Positions 56,850 to 64,000 of a stretch of DNA of 64,000 nucleotides are shown here, one piece after another. The notes under the pieces are model-generated. The model searched no databases. It saw only the letters and a list, made by a program, of their open reading frames with translations, and had not been told where the DNA came from. The stretch is from contig JADJBS010000006.1 in NCBI GenBank assembly GCA_016703665.1, forward strand, positions 247,033-311,032. The letters run 5' to 3'. Source of the DNA: Candidatus Defluviibacillus avedoerensis. GTDB lineage: Bacteria; Pseudomonadota; Gammaproteobacteria; Burkholderiales; Burkholderiaceae_C. A program made the position numbers and the translations under genes. Within the stretch, counting starts at the first letter, position 1, and every line of letters begins with the position of its first letter.

Positions 56850-57668
56850 CTAAAAGCGAAGCACCAGAACCGGAAACTCTGCCAGCCCCATGATTTTCTG
56901 GGCCACACTGCCAATGTGAGCACGCCCGATTTGGTGGTTGGATTTGCCGACCACAATCAAATCAGCATCCGTAGATTCGCGACAGGCGAGTATTTCCGAA
57001 TAGGCATGTCCAACGCGGATTTCACCTCGTACGCTGAGCCCTTCTTGCTGTATTTCACGCAGGGTATTTGCCATGAATTCTTCAGCATTGCCGCGCAAGG
57101 CTTGCGCAGGAACGACGGTCACCACCACCAGAGTAGAGTTGCAACTTTGCGCAACACTCGCTGCGGCACGGACTATTTCTTGACCATGTTCATTGGGCTG
57201 CGCTGCAACCAGAATGTGCCGTGACCACATCACCGCTTGCCGTGGTGCAATCAAGACGTGGCAGGGAGAATGCGCAACGACTTTGCTGACCATTTCACCA
57301 ATCAGCAAATTGGCAAGAAAGCCCCGCTTTCCACGTCGGCGAATGACAATCACGCTGCTCTGCTGGCTTTTGGCCTCCTCCAGTATTTCCTGGTAAGGCT
57401 CTTCGCCGCGCCGTACGCGCACATTCAGGGTGAGGCCTGCAGACCGTGCCTGCCCTTGCAGTTCTTGAATTTTGCTTGCCGCAGCCTGCTCTGCTTTGGC
57501 CGCAATCTGGGGCACCAAGGCCTCGTACTCGGGGTTGCTGACCAGAGGTAAAACGACCGCTAAAGGGCGCTTGCAATTCCTGGCCAAGGCAAACGCTATG
57601 CGCTCGGCGCCCGTGTCAAATTCGCCATGCTCGGTGGCTAGCAGCAGTGAATGAAAGATTTGCAACAC
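56850..57668 (-). CDS. Tandem universal stress protein (UspE-like)
   Basis: Two Usp-type domains of about 135 aa ('HVLIAPR', 'PVLVLRF' C-terminal blocks). The GTG start abuts the upstream stop (TGAGTG). Confidence 0.85.
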   Translation of the reverse strand: MLQIFHSLLLATEHGEFDTGAERIAFALARNCKRPLAVVLPLVSNPEYEALVPQIAAKAEQAAASKIQELQGQARSAGLTLNVRVRRGEEPYQEILEEAKSQQSSVIVIRRRGKRGFLANLLIGEMVSKVVAHSPCHVLIAPRQAVMWSRHILVAAQPNEHGQEIVRAAASVAQSCNSTLVVVTVVPAQALRGNAEEFMANTLREIQQEGLSVRGEIRVGHAYSEILACRESTDADLIVVGKSNHQIGRAHIGSVAQKIMGLAEFPVLVLRF

Positions 57669-58106
57669 TCAGTGCCCTGCCGTTAAAACGCCGGATGCAG
57701 CCAACGCCAGCACCAAGACAATCAATGAACACAAAGCAGCGTAAAGATAGTCCTTACGTTGCATGTACAACGGGATAAGCCCTAGCAAAGGGGGGACCGA
57801 ACAAGCGGCAAGAAGTGCAACACCAATGAGGTTCGACATATCGCCAGTGCCCATCAGCGACACCCATCCCCATCCCGTAGGCGTTCCAGTGCGCTCCAGA
57901 TAAGTTTTTGCCGGAAGCCCCCACAGGCTGGGCAATTGATCCAAAGGAACATGTGGGGTTAACAAGCCAAGCACATAGCACGAAAAACTCAGGAACAAGG
58001 CAATGACGCCCAGCCGAGTTCCCCAGTCAAGCAGCAACGCGTACCGCAACGCCTCAGTCTGTCGCAGTGCAGCGCTGTCAGGTTCTGTGGAAGTTTCTCT
58101 GGACAT
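57669..58106 (-). CDS. DUF1634-like small membrane protein (usual partner of TauE/SafE permeases)
   Basis: ATG at 58104-58106, 11 nt after the tauE-like stop. About 145 aa with hydrophobic helices. The upstream 103 codons of the listed ORF overlap the tauE-like gene out of frame. Confidence 0.7.
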   Translation of the reverse strand: MSRETSTEPDSAALRQTEALRYALLLDWGTRLGVIALFLSFSCYVLGLLTPHVPLDQLPSLWGLPAKTYLERTGTPTGWGWVSLMGTGDMSNLIGVALLAACSVPPLLGLIPLYMQRKDYLYAALCSLIVLVLALAASGVLTAGH

Positions 58107-58117
58107 ACCCGTCTTTC

Positions 58118-59089
58118 TCAAATCCAAACACCCAAGCCTTTGAGCAAGGCACGAATGCCCGCAAAGAGCAGCAGCGTGATGACCATTTTCCGGATGACCG
58201 AGCCTTTCAGAACGTTGAGCAAGCTCGCGCCAATGCGGGCCCCCAGCATCATGCCAACCACAGACGGGACTGCAACCATCGGCAGCACCGCACCTCGGTT
58301 GATATAGACCCAGGCAGCCGCAGAGTCTACCAAGGACAACACCAAGCCAGAGGTTCCTGCAGCCACCTTGAGCGGAGCACCCATCAGAAGGTTGAGTGCA
58401 GGTACATTCGCCCATCCTGCGCCTATACCAAACATGCCAGCCATGATGCCGATGGCCACGAACAGCACCAAGCCTACGGGTGTCCTGTGTACTTTCCAGT
58501 CGATGGAGCGACCCGATGCACCGTCAATGAAAACGCCGTGAATTCCCAGAATTGACGAAAGCCGATCGGCTTTTTGTACATCCGGAAACTCAGACTTCTT
58601 TGCCATGAGCATGAGTGCAACGATCCCCAGAACAATGGCGCCCAATGCCGTTTGGATGACAGCAGCGGGCAGGGCTAAGCCCAGCAGCGCCCCTGCAATG
58701 GAACTCATGCACGCAAGCAGGGCAAGGGGCAAAGCCAAACGCAGGCTGGACAGGCCGCCCCGCAGCAACATGGGACCCGCGGCCAAGGCGCTTGCCAGAG
58801 CCACCAGCAAACCCGCTCCTCGCACGAAATCCAAATGAAACGGGAAGAACCCACCGATGATGGGCACAAACAGCGTTCCCCCGCCAATGCCTGCAGGGAC
58901 TGCGACGATACCAATCAGAAAGCAGGTGATGAACAGCGCCAACGGCCAAAACCACCATGGCATGCTGCTTCCTGGCACTACGCTGTCAGCAGCAAAGGCT
59001 GGAAAAGCGCACAAAAAAAGAAACGGTAAAACTATCCAGATGTGCCGCACTGAAGTGGTTGAGGATGTCATGGATGAGGGCACTTCCAT
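58118..59089 (-). CDS. TauE/SafE-family (DUF81) anion exporter-type permease
   Basis: Gly-rich TM helices 'VPAGIGGGTLFVPI' and a two-fold repeat. Alternative starts at 59092, 59089 and 59071. Confidence 0.85.
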   Translation of the reverse strand: MEVPSSMTSSTTSVRHIWIVLPFLFLCAFPAFAADSVVPGSSMPWWFWPLALFITCFLIGIVAVPAGIGGGTLFVPIIGGFFPFHLDFVRGAGLLVALASALAAGPMLLRGGLSSLRLALPLALLACMSSIAGALLGLALPAAVIQTALGAIVLGIVALMLMAKKSEFPDVQKADRLSSILGIHGVFIDGASGRSIDWKVHRTPVGLVLFVAIGIMAGMFGIGAGWANVPALNLLMGAPLKVAAGTSGLVLSLVDSAAAWVYINRGAVLPMVAVPSVVGMMLGARIGASLLNVLKGSVIRKMVITLLLFAGIRALLKGLGVWI

Positions 59090-59128
59090 CAATCTGTATA
59101 TAGCGATATTGTATCTGCCAAGTGTTCT

Positions 59129-60488
59129 TTAATGTGTATTTTGGCTATGCAAGCTGGCGTGCACTCGACGCGTGGTTTGCCACACAGCCCACAAAACCAC
59201 AGGCACCAGTGCACCGGCTGCCAGCTCAGGATTGATGGGCCATCCGTAGGCCTTAAGCGCCTTGGCACCGTAAAGCAAGAGGCTGACCACGTAATACGAG
59301 ATCGCTGCAATCGACAAGCCTTCAACAGTGCTTTGCAGTCTTAGCTGCAGTTCCTGCCCCTTGGTGAGTTTTTCCAGCAACTGCTGGTTCTGCGCCTCGG
59401 TGGCGATGTCTACGCGGGTGCGCAGCAAAGCGCTGGTGCGGGAAATTCGCTCGGACAAAGAGGCCAGGCGTTGCGAGGTGGCCGCGACCGTGCTCATGGC
59501 AGGTGACAGGCGTCGCTGCATGAACTCGCCTATGGTTTGCGTGCCAGGAATTGCCTTTTCGCGCAATTCAGCAATGCGTTGCGTCACCAGCGCGTGGTAG
59601 GCCGAGGTGGCAGAAAAACCGGTACATATGCTCCGAGGTTTCGCGCTCAACCCTGGCAGCCAATGCCACCAAGGTGTCCAGCAACTCGGCGTCGGTGGTG
59701 GCCTTGCGCTCCATCCTGCCCGTGATCTCAGACAAGGCAGCTTCAGCTTCACTCAGCATGGGCCCCAGCTGTTTTGCCACCGGCAAGCCGCGCAACGCCA
59801 TCAAGCGGTAGGTTTCCAGTTCAAGCAGACGCTGCGTTACACGGCCCACGCGGGTCTCGGTCGTGTCTGGCGGGGTGATCACCAGCATGCGCTCGTAGCC
59901 ATCCGCACAAATATAGAACTGCGTAACAGCCCAGGAATGCCCATTACCCATTTGAGATGCCACGACAGAGCGTCCGTCAAACCAGTTGCGCGCCCTCGCC
60001 AGCAGCGAATCACCGTCGTTCAGATTGCCCTCCAGCACAGCCAACTGAATCGCTGCCACCGTGCGGCCGGGAATCTGGCGCAACCATTCAGGTGGGACGA
60101 CGGGGTCGATCAATAATTGTGGCGTCAAGTCCCCCAGGTTCACGTTGGCAGGCAGTGGCTGCACGATGGAATACCGCGTGAATTCCGTGTGACGCTCCCA
60201 TTTGACGGTATAGCTCGTGAACCGCAATCGCAAAAAGTTGTTGGCCAAGTCTTGAGGCGTCAAACCTTCTTGCCCCGGCAAGCGTCGCAGTTGTTCACAT
60301 TCCTGCTCGCGTGTGACACCCTCATTCAGAACCGCTACATAAACAATCAGCGCTGGCAGCCGTATGCGTGCCGACGGCCGGGCATGCACTTCGTTGTGCA
60401 GACTGACGCGCTGCGCATCATCAGCAGGCAACAGTGGAGCGAGTTTCGAATCGGCAAGCGGATCAGTTGACATCTTCATTCCTGCCAT
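59129..60488 (-). pseudogene. DUF3422-like membrane-anchored protein with the reading frame broken once
   Basis: The N-terminal ORF (59568..60488, 'RVSLHNEVHARPSARIRLPALIVYVAVLNEG..YTVKWERHTEFTRYS') and the C-terminal ORF (59129..59752, ending in two TM helices) join as 'EHMYRFSATSAYHALV' if the A5 run at 59614-59618 loses one base. Confidence 0.65.
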
Positions 60489-60559
60489 TGTGAAGCCATT
60501 GTGTGGCGGCTCTTTTTGACAGGTTCAAAGGGCCGCCGTCACACCCTCATTCTCACTTT

Positions 60560-61790
60560 TCAGTCACCCTTTAGCACCCCCGCTTTGGCCAACCGATCCA
60601 TCAACTCTGGCGACACGCCCAGGTACGCCAGCACCTCACGGGTGCTTTGGCCCAGTGTTTCAGCGCCGGTTACGCTCGGTCCACCGTCCTGCGCGGCATC
60701 AAACCCCAAACCTGCGGTGCGCACCGGTCGACCTCCCTGGTCGTAGCGGAAATCTGGCAGCTTCACGTGACCGGTGCCATCGGTTTCGCGCAAAAACTCG
60801 CCCAAGGTTCGCACGTGCCGCTGGAACACCTACCGCGTTGAGTTGCGCCTCCATGTCTGCTGCGCTGCGGCTGGCAAATGCTTCCCGGAAACTGGCTCTC
60901 AGGTACTCCAGATCACGCGCCACCACAAAGCCGCCTGATGGTGAGTTGAACAAATCCAGGTCGAGCGCCCGGGCATCGTTGCACAGCGCATCAAGCCCCA
61001 GAACGCCAACAAATTTGCGAAACTGCGCTGGCGTATTGGCGGCAGTGGCCAGCCAACCATCAACACAGCGGTAGGTGTCAGCCGTGGGGCTGCCGGTATA
61101 GCCGCGGTTGCCCACGCGTTGGGGCTCCACACCCGTGCTCATGAAGCTGCTGGCGTTCGGGTACATCAGCATCAGCGAGGCCTGCACCATCGAGGCGTCA
61201 ATGAGTTGACCCACGCCATCCTTGTTGCGCCGATGCAAGGCGGATGTGATGGCCAGTGCACCCAGCATGCCTACCGCCACGTCAATCACGGGAAAGCCCA
61301 CCTTCAATGGTGGGTCGTCCGGCCGCTCCCCAGACATCATCATCATGCCGGTCAGCGCCTGCACCACATGGTCGTAGGCGCCCCGACCCGACCACTCCCC
61401 CTGTTGACCATAGCCAGAGATGGAGCAATAGACGATGTCTGGCTTGATCGCTTTGATCGATTCAAAATCCAGCCCATACTTGGCCACCACACCTGGGCGA
61501 AAGTTTTCGATGAAAACGTCCACCGTGGCCGCCAGTTGGCGAACCAGGTCAGCACCCTCTGGGCTGCGGATGTCCATTGCCAGCGAACGTTTGCCGGCAT
61601 TCAACGCAACAAAACCCGCTGGCGTGTCCCCGTCGGCGGGCGATTTGCTGGCTCGCATGACCTCACCACCCGAAGGTGGCTCGATCTTGATGACCTCTGC
61701 GCCCATCTGCGCCAGGTAAAACGAGGCCAGTGGCCCGGCGATCACATGCGACATGTCCAACACACGCACGCCATCCAATGGTTTGCTCAT
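60560..61790 (-). pseudogene. Family III CoA-transferase (CaiB/BaiF-like) with the reading frame broken once
   Basis: 'VRVLDMSHVIAGPLASFYLAQMGAEVIKIE'. The last ~85 codons ('LGEFLRETDGTGHVKLPDF..') are in another frame from about 60829. The break is near 60811-60821 and is not in a homopolymer. Confidence 0.8.
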
Positions 61791-61799
61791 GCTGGAGCC

Positions 61800-62774
61800 T
61801 CAGGCGGTGACGCCGGTCAGGCGAACAATCTCAGCCCACTTGCGGTTTTCGGTGCGAACAAAGGCCGCAAAGGCCTGCGCACTCTCCGTCACCGCCGCCG
61901 TGCTGCCCGAGCTTTCAAACAGGGCGCGCAAAGCCGGGTCCATCAGAACCTTGTTTGCAGCAGCATGGATTTTGTTGACAACATCGACAGGTGTGCGGGC
62001 TGGTGCCCAAAAACCAAACCACGACTCCTGAACTGTCAGCTCATTGCGCATGACCTCAAAGAGCGTGGGCACGTCCGGCAACTCCTTCAACCGCGCGGCG
62101 CTGGTCACCGCCAGGGCGCGCAGCTTGCCACCTTTGACTTGGGGCACACCGGTCCCAGCGACCGGGAAAGCAAAGTCGGTGTCCCCGCGCAGCAGTGAAG
62201 CCGTGATCTCCACCGAGCCCTTCAAAGGAATGTGTGTGGCTTTGAGTCCTGCCAGCGACACCAGGGTGGCCCCCGCCAGATGCGCCGAGGTACCTATGCC
62301 TCCCGAGCAGTAGTTCATCTTGCCCGGGTTGGCCTTGGCCGCCGCAATGACATCCTCCACCGTTTTGTAGGGGCTGTCGGCGCGCACCACCATCACCGTA
62401 GGTGAGGCGCCCATGTTGCTAACCGGAACAAAGTCATTCAAAGGATCGAACCTCAGATCAGGCTGCATGATCTTCTGGATCAAATGCGTGTTCGACCCCA
62501 TCAGCAGCGTGTAGCCATCAGGTGCAGCCTGCGCCACGTATTGCGCCGCCAGCACACCCGCCGCCCCCACCTTGTTCTCGACCACGATGGCCTGCCCGAG
62601 AGCTTCGCCAAACTTCGGCGCAATCTGTCGCACCTGTAAATCCGGACCCCCACCTGCGGCGTACGGCACGATCACCCGAATGGGCTTGGCCGGAAAAGGA
62701 TCCGCCGCTCGAACGCCTGTGGCGAAGAGTGCGGTAGCGGCCAGACTGGCCTGGCAGAGAGAGCGGCGCTGCAT
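61800..62774 (-). CDS. Bug-family (TctC-like) substrate-binding protein, third copy
   Basis: Signal peptide 'LAATALFATGVRA' and 'PIRVIVPYAAGGGPDLQVR'. Confidence 0.85.
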   Translation of the reverse strand: MQRRSLCQASLAATALFATGVRAADPFPAKPIRVIVPYAAGGGPDLQVRQIAPKFGEALGQAIVVENKVGAAGVLAAQYVAQAAPDGYTLLMGSNTHLIQKIMQPDLRFDPLNDFVPVSNMGASPTVMVVRADSPYKTVEDVIAAAKANPGKMNYCSGGIGTSAHLAGATLVSLAGLKATHIPLKGSVEITASLLRGDTDFAFPVAGTGVPQVKGGKLRALAVTSAARLKELPDVPTLFEVMRNELTVQESWFGFWAPARTPVDVVNKIHAAANKVLMDPALRALFESSGSTAAVTESAQAFAAFVRTENRKWAEIVRLTGVTA

Positions 62775-62890
62775 GGTGTCTCCTGAAGTGTTGACTCAAG
62801 CATACGGCGCTCCGAGCCAGATTGAGAATCTCATTGGTTACAGTACGCTGGCCAACTCATGCGATGAGTACCCAGTTTGAGTGGCTCGTT

Positions 62891-62936
62891 GTTGGATATT
62901 TTGACAACACAAGAAATTGTTGTCAAAATATCCAAC
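62891..62936 (+). promoter_or_regulatory. Perfect 19-bp inverted repeat containing a sigma-70-like promoter and abutting the start codon
   Basis: GTTGGATATTTTGACAACA-N8-TGTTGTCAAAATATCCAAC. TTGACA (62901-62906), 17-nt spacer, TGt-CAAAAT (62921-62929). The ATG at 62937 lies 7 nt after the -10 element and there is no Shine-Dalgarno sequence. Confidence 0.5.
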
Positions 62937-63233
62937 ATGAAAGCTAAATTACTGGTTCGCCAGCGGGTCGAAATGGGGGATGCCGCATTTGCTGAACTGG
63001 TGATCTGGCAACTCCCACAGGCGTTGAAGGGCAGTACGCATCTTTTCAAGTACCGCCTCGCCTATGTAGCCCAAGGCGAGTGCGTGCTGCGCTACGACAA
63101 CGAAGCAGGCAAAGGCGACCATCGCCATTGCCTTGGCGCTGAAACCGTTTACGCCTTCAGCAGCCCACGCACACTCGCGGCTGATTTCTTCCAAGACATT
63201 GAAAGGTACCGACATGAACACCTTGACCATTGA
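62937..63233 (+). CDS. DUF6516/TumE-like putative toxin of a type II toxin-antitoxin pair (family recalled from memory)
   Basis: 98 aa: 'AELVIWQLPQALKGSTHLFKYRLAYVAQGECVLRYDNEAGKGDHRH..YAF..LAADFFQDIERYR'. The 'YDNxxGKGDHxH' block is the family hallmark as I recall it. The listed start at 62877 would read through the palindrome. Confidence 0.65.
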   Translation: MKAKLLVRQRVEMGDAAFAELVIWQLPQALKGSTHLFKYRLAYVAQGECVLRYDNEAGKGDHRHCLGAETVYAFSSPRTLAADFFQDIERYRHEHLDH

Positions 63234-63558
63234 TGTAGCCAGCCTTTCTGATGCGCTCTCTGACGCTGTTCGTGCCATGGAAACAGGAACTGCCAGCACG
63301 CCGCGCTATAGCTTTTCGTCCCCTGCTTCCCTCATGCGAACCCTGGGCGGGAAGCGCTTTGAACTGATTCAAAAATTAGGCGGCGCTGGCCCTGTCACTA
63401 TCCGTGAGGCGGCAAGACGCGTGGGACGGGATGTGAAGGCAGTGCATGGTGACGTGCAGGCTTTGCTGGCGTGCGGTGTGCTGGAGAAGACTGCCGACGG
63501 CAAGATCGAGTTCCCATATGACGCGGTCCACGTGGATTTTCTGCTGAAGGCGGCTTGA
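63214..63558 (+). CDS. Winged-HTH DNA-binding protein, putative cognate antitoxin (TumA-like)
   Basis: ATG 63214 overlaps the toxin-like gene by 20 nt. 'RFELIQKLGGAGPVTIREAARRVGRDVKAVHGDVQALLACGVLEK' is wHTH-like. Confidence 0.65.
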   Translation: MNTLTIDVASLSDALSDAVRAMETGTASTPRYSFSSPASLMRTLGGKRFELIQKLGGAGPVTIREAARRVGRDVKAVHGDVQALLACGVLEKTADGKIEFPYDAVHVDFLLKAA

Positions 63559-63559
63559 T

Positions 63560-64000
63560 ATGACTTGCCCGATTTGCCAAACAGAGCACGCCTCGGTTCA
63601 ACCCGGCAGCGACGACAAGTACCAGGTACGTTGCCCTCAATGTGGGTCCTTCAAGATTGAATACGAAACAAAAGTGAATGCTCAAAGAATATTTGATCAA
63701 TGGCTAGTTTCGGCATGGGTTCGGCAGCATCTGCAAGATGGCATCTTGGACGCTCAGACATTGGAATTTGCGGAGAACTCTCGGCCTCCAAGCATCGAGC
63801 AGTGCGCTCTACGAATGCTACGGTACCTCTCACATAGGTTTCCAATGGGACGCGACTTCCAGTTTGGCGAATGGTGGGTGCAGAATTCACCACAGGATTC
63901 CGGCAAATTGGTCGCATCCCCACTAAAGGCAATAGGATGGTGTCGAGACCTTGCGGAGGAAGACTATCTCTTCCATCAAATATTGAAGCACCACTTTGGA
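63560..64000 (+). CDS. Zinc-ribbon-initiated protein of unknown function; the 3' end lies beyond the window; not in the supplied ORF track
   Basis: The ATG at 63560 is 1 nt after the TGA of the wHTH gene. 147 codons are open to the window edge: 'MTCPICQTEHASVQPGSDDKYQVRCPQCGSFKIEYETK..' (CxxC-N19-CxxC). Lower GC than the core. Confidence 0.5.
   Translation, partial: MTCPICQTEHASVQPGSDDKYQVRCPQCGSFKIEYETKVNAQRIFDQWLVSAWVRQHLQDGILDAQTLEFAENSRPPSIEQCALRMLRYLSHRFPMGRDFQFGEWWVQNSPQDSGKLVASPLKAIGWCRDLAEEDYLFHQILKHHFG

Noticed and set aside
58107-58415. The Cys/Gly-rich 103-codon N-terminal extension of listed ORF 57669..58415.
   Set aside because: It overlaps the 3' part of the TauE/SafE gene in another frame. 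The DUF1634-like membrane protein begins plausibly at ATG 58106, 11 nt after the permease stop.
63651-64000. A minus-strand frame open from the window edge down to 63651 (it includes listed ORF 63651..63932).
   Set aside because: Its translation has no motifs and it is antisense to the plus-strand zinc-ribbon ORF, which is operon-coupled to the upstream genes. I kept this as the stated alternative in the corresponding finding.

Overview
A 64-kb, high-GC chromosomal segment (hand spot counts about 60-66% GC). It looks betaproteobacterial, probably Burkholderiales/Comamonadaceae-like. That placement is an inference from several Bug/TctC-type binding proteins, the yggS-pilT-pilU and yraN-SIS-BON/rsmI gene orders, and a polar flhF/flhG-type flagellar set. 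Contents from left to right: (1) Part of a flagellar regulon: the 3' part of flgL, a broken EAL-like/HDOD gene, a DMT permease, and flgM plus a flgN-like gene behind a sigma-28-type promoter. On the other strand lie flhB and a translationally coupled flhA-flhF-flhG-like-fliA run. (2) A lipid-centred neighbourhood: a single-chain BC-BCCP-CT acyl-CoA carboxylase, a two-domain fatty acyl-CoA/aldehyde reductase, a PhaF-like phasin, a patatin-like lipase, a TetR regulator, a helical-repeat protein and a secreted lipase. (3) A Crp/Fnr regulator and a 7-gene Liv-type ABC importer bracketed by two adenylate-forming CoA ligases. (4) A fructose/ribose-type sugar ABC system with a PfkB kinase and a ROK regulator. 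(5) A housekeeping mix: Bug SBPs, dacB, SemiSWEET, an SGNH-fold lipoprotein, sua5/tsaC, purEK, a ybbN-like gene, nfeD, yggS, pilTU, a SIS/BON/yraN/rsmI group, and a usp-DUF1634-tauE group. (6) A decayed putA/lrp remnant next to an MHYT hybrid histidine kinase. (7) At the right edge, a lower-GC islet with a toxin-antitoxin-like pair behind a perfect 19-bp palindrome, plus a zinc-ribbon ORF missing from the ORF track that runs off the window. I recognised no rRNA, tRNA, CRISPR array, transposase or integrase. The points most worth a second look are: the right-edge islet; the lipid-body-like gene neighbourhood; a structured intergenic repeat present twice with compensatory base changes; an FlhG-slot protein without a Walker A motif; an SGNH-fold protein with a degenerate catalytic tetrad; a 30%-GC in-frame patch inside the carboxylase; and five otherwise conserved genes each split by a single frameshift, mostly at short homopolymers. 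I found no clear-cut new multi-gene system; the islet is the best candidate and most of it lies outside the window. All family calls come from reading motifs by eye; no searches were run.
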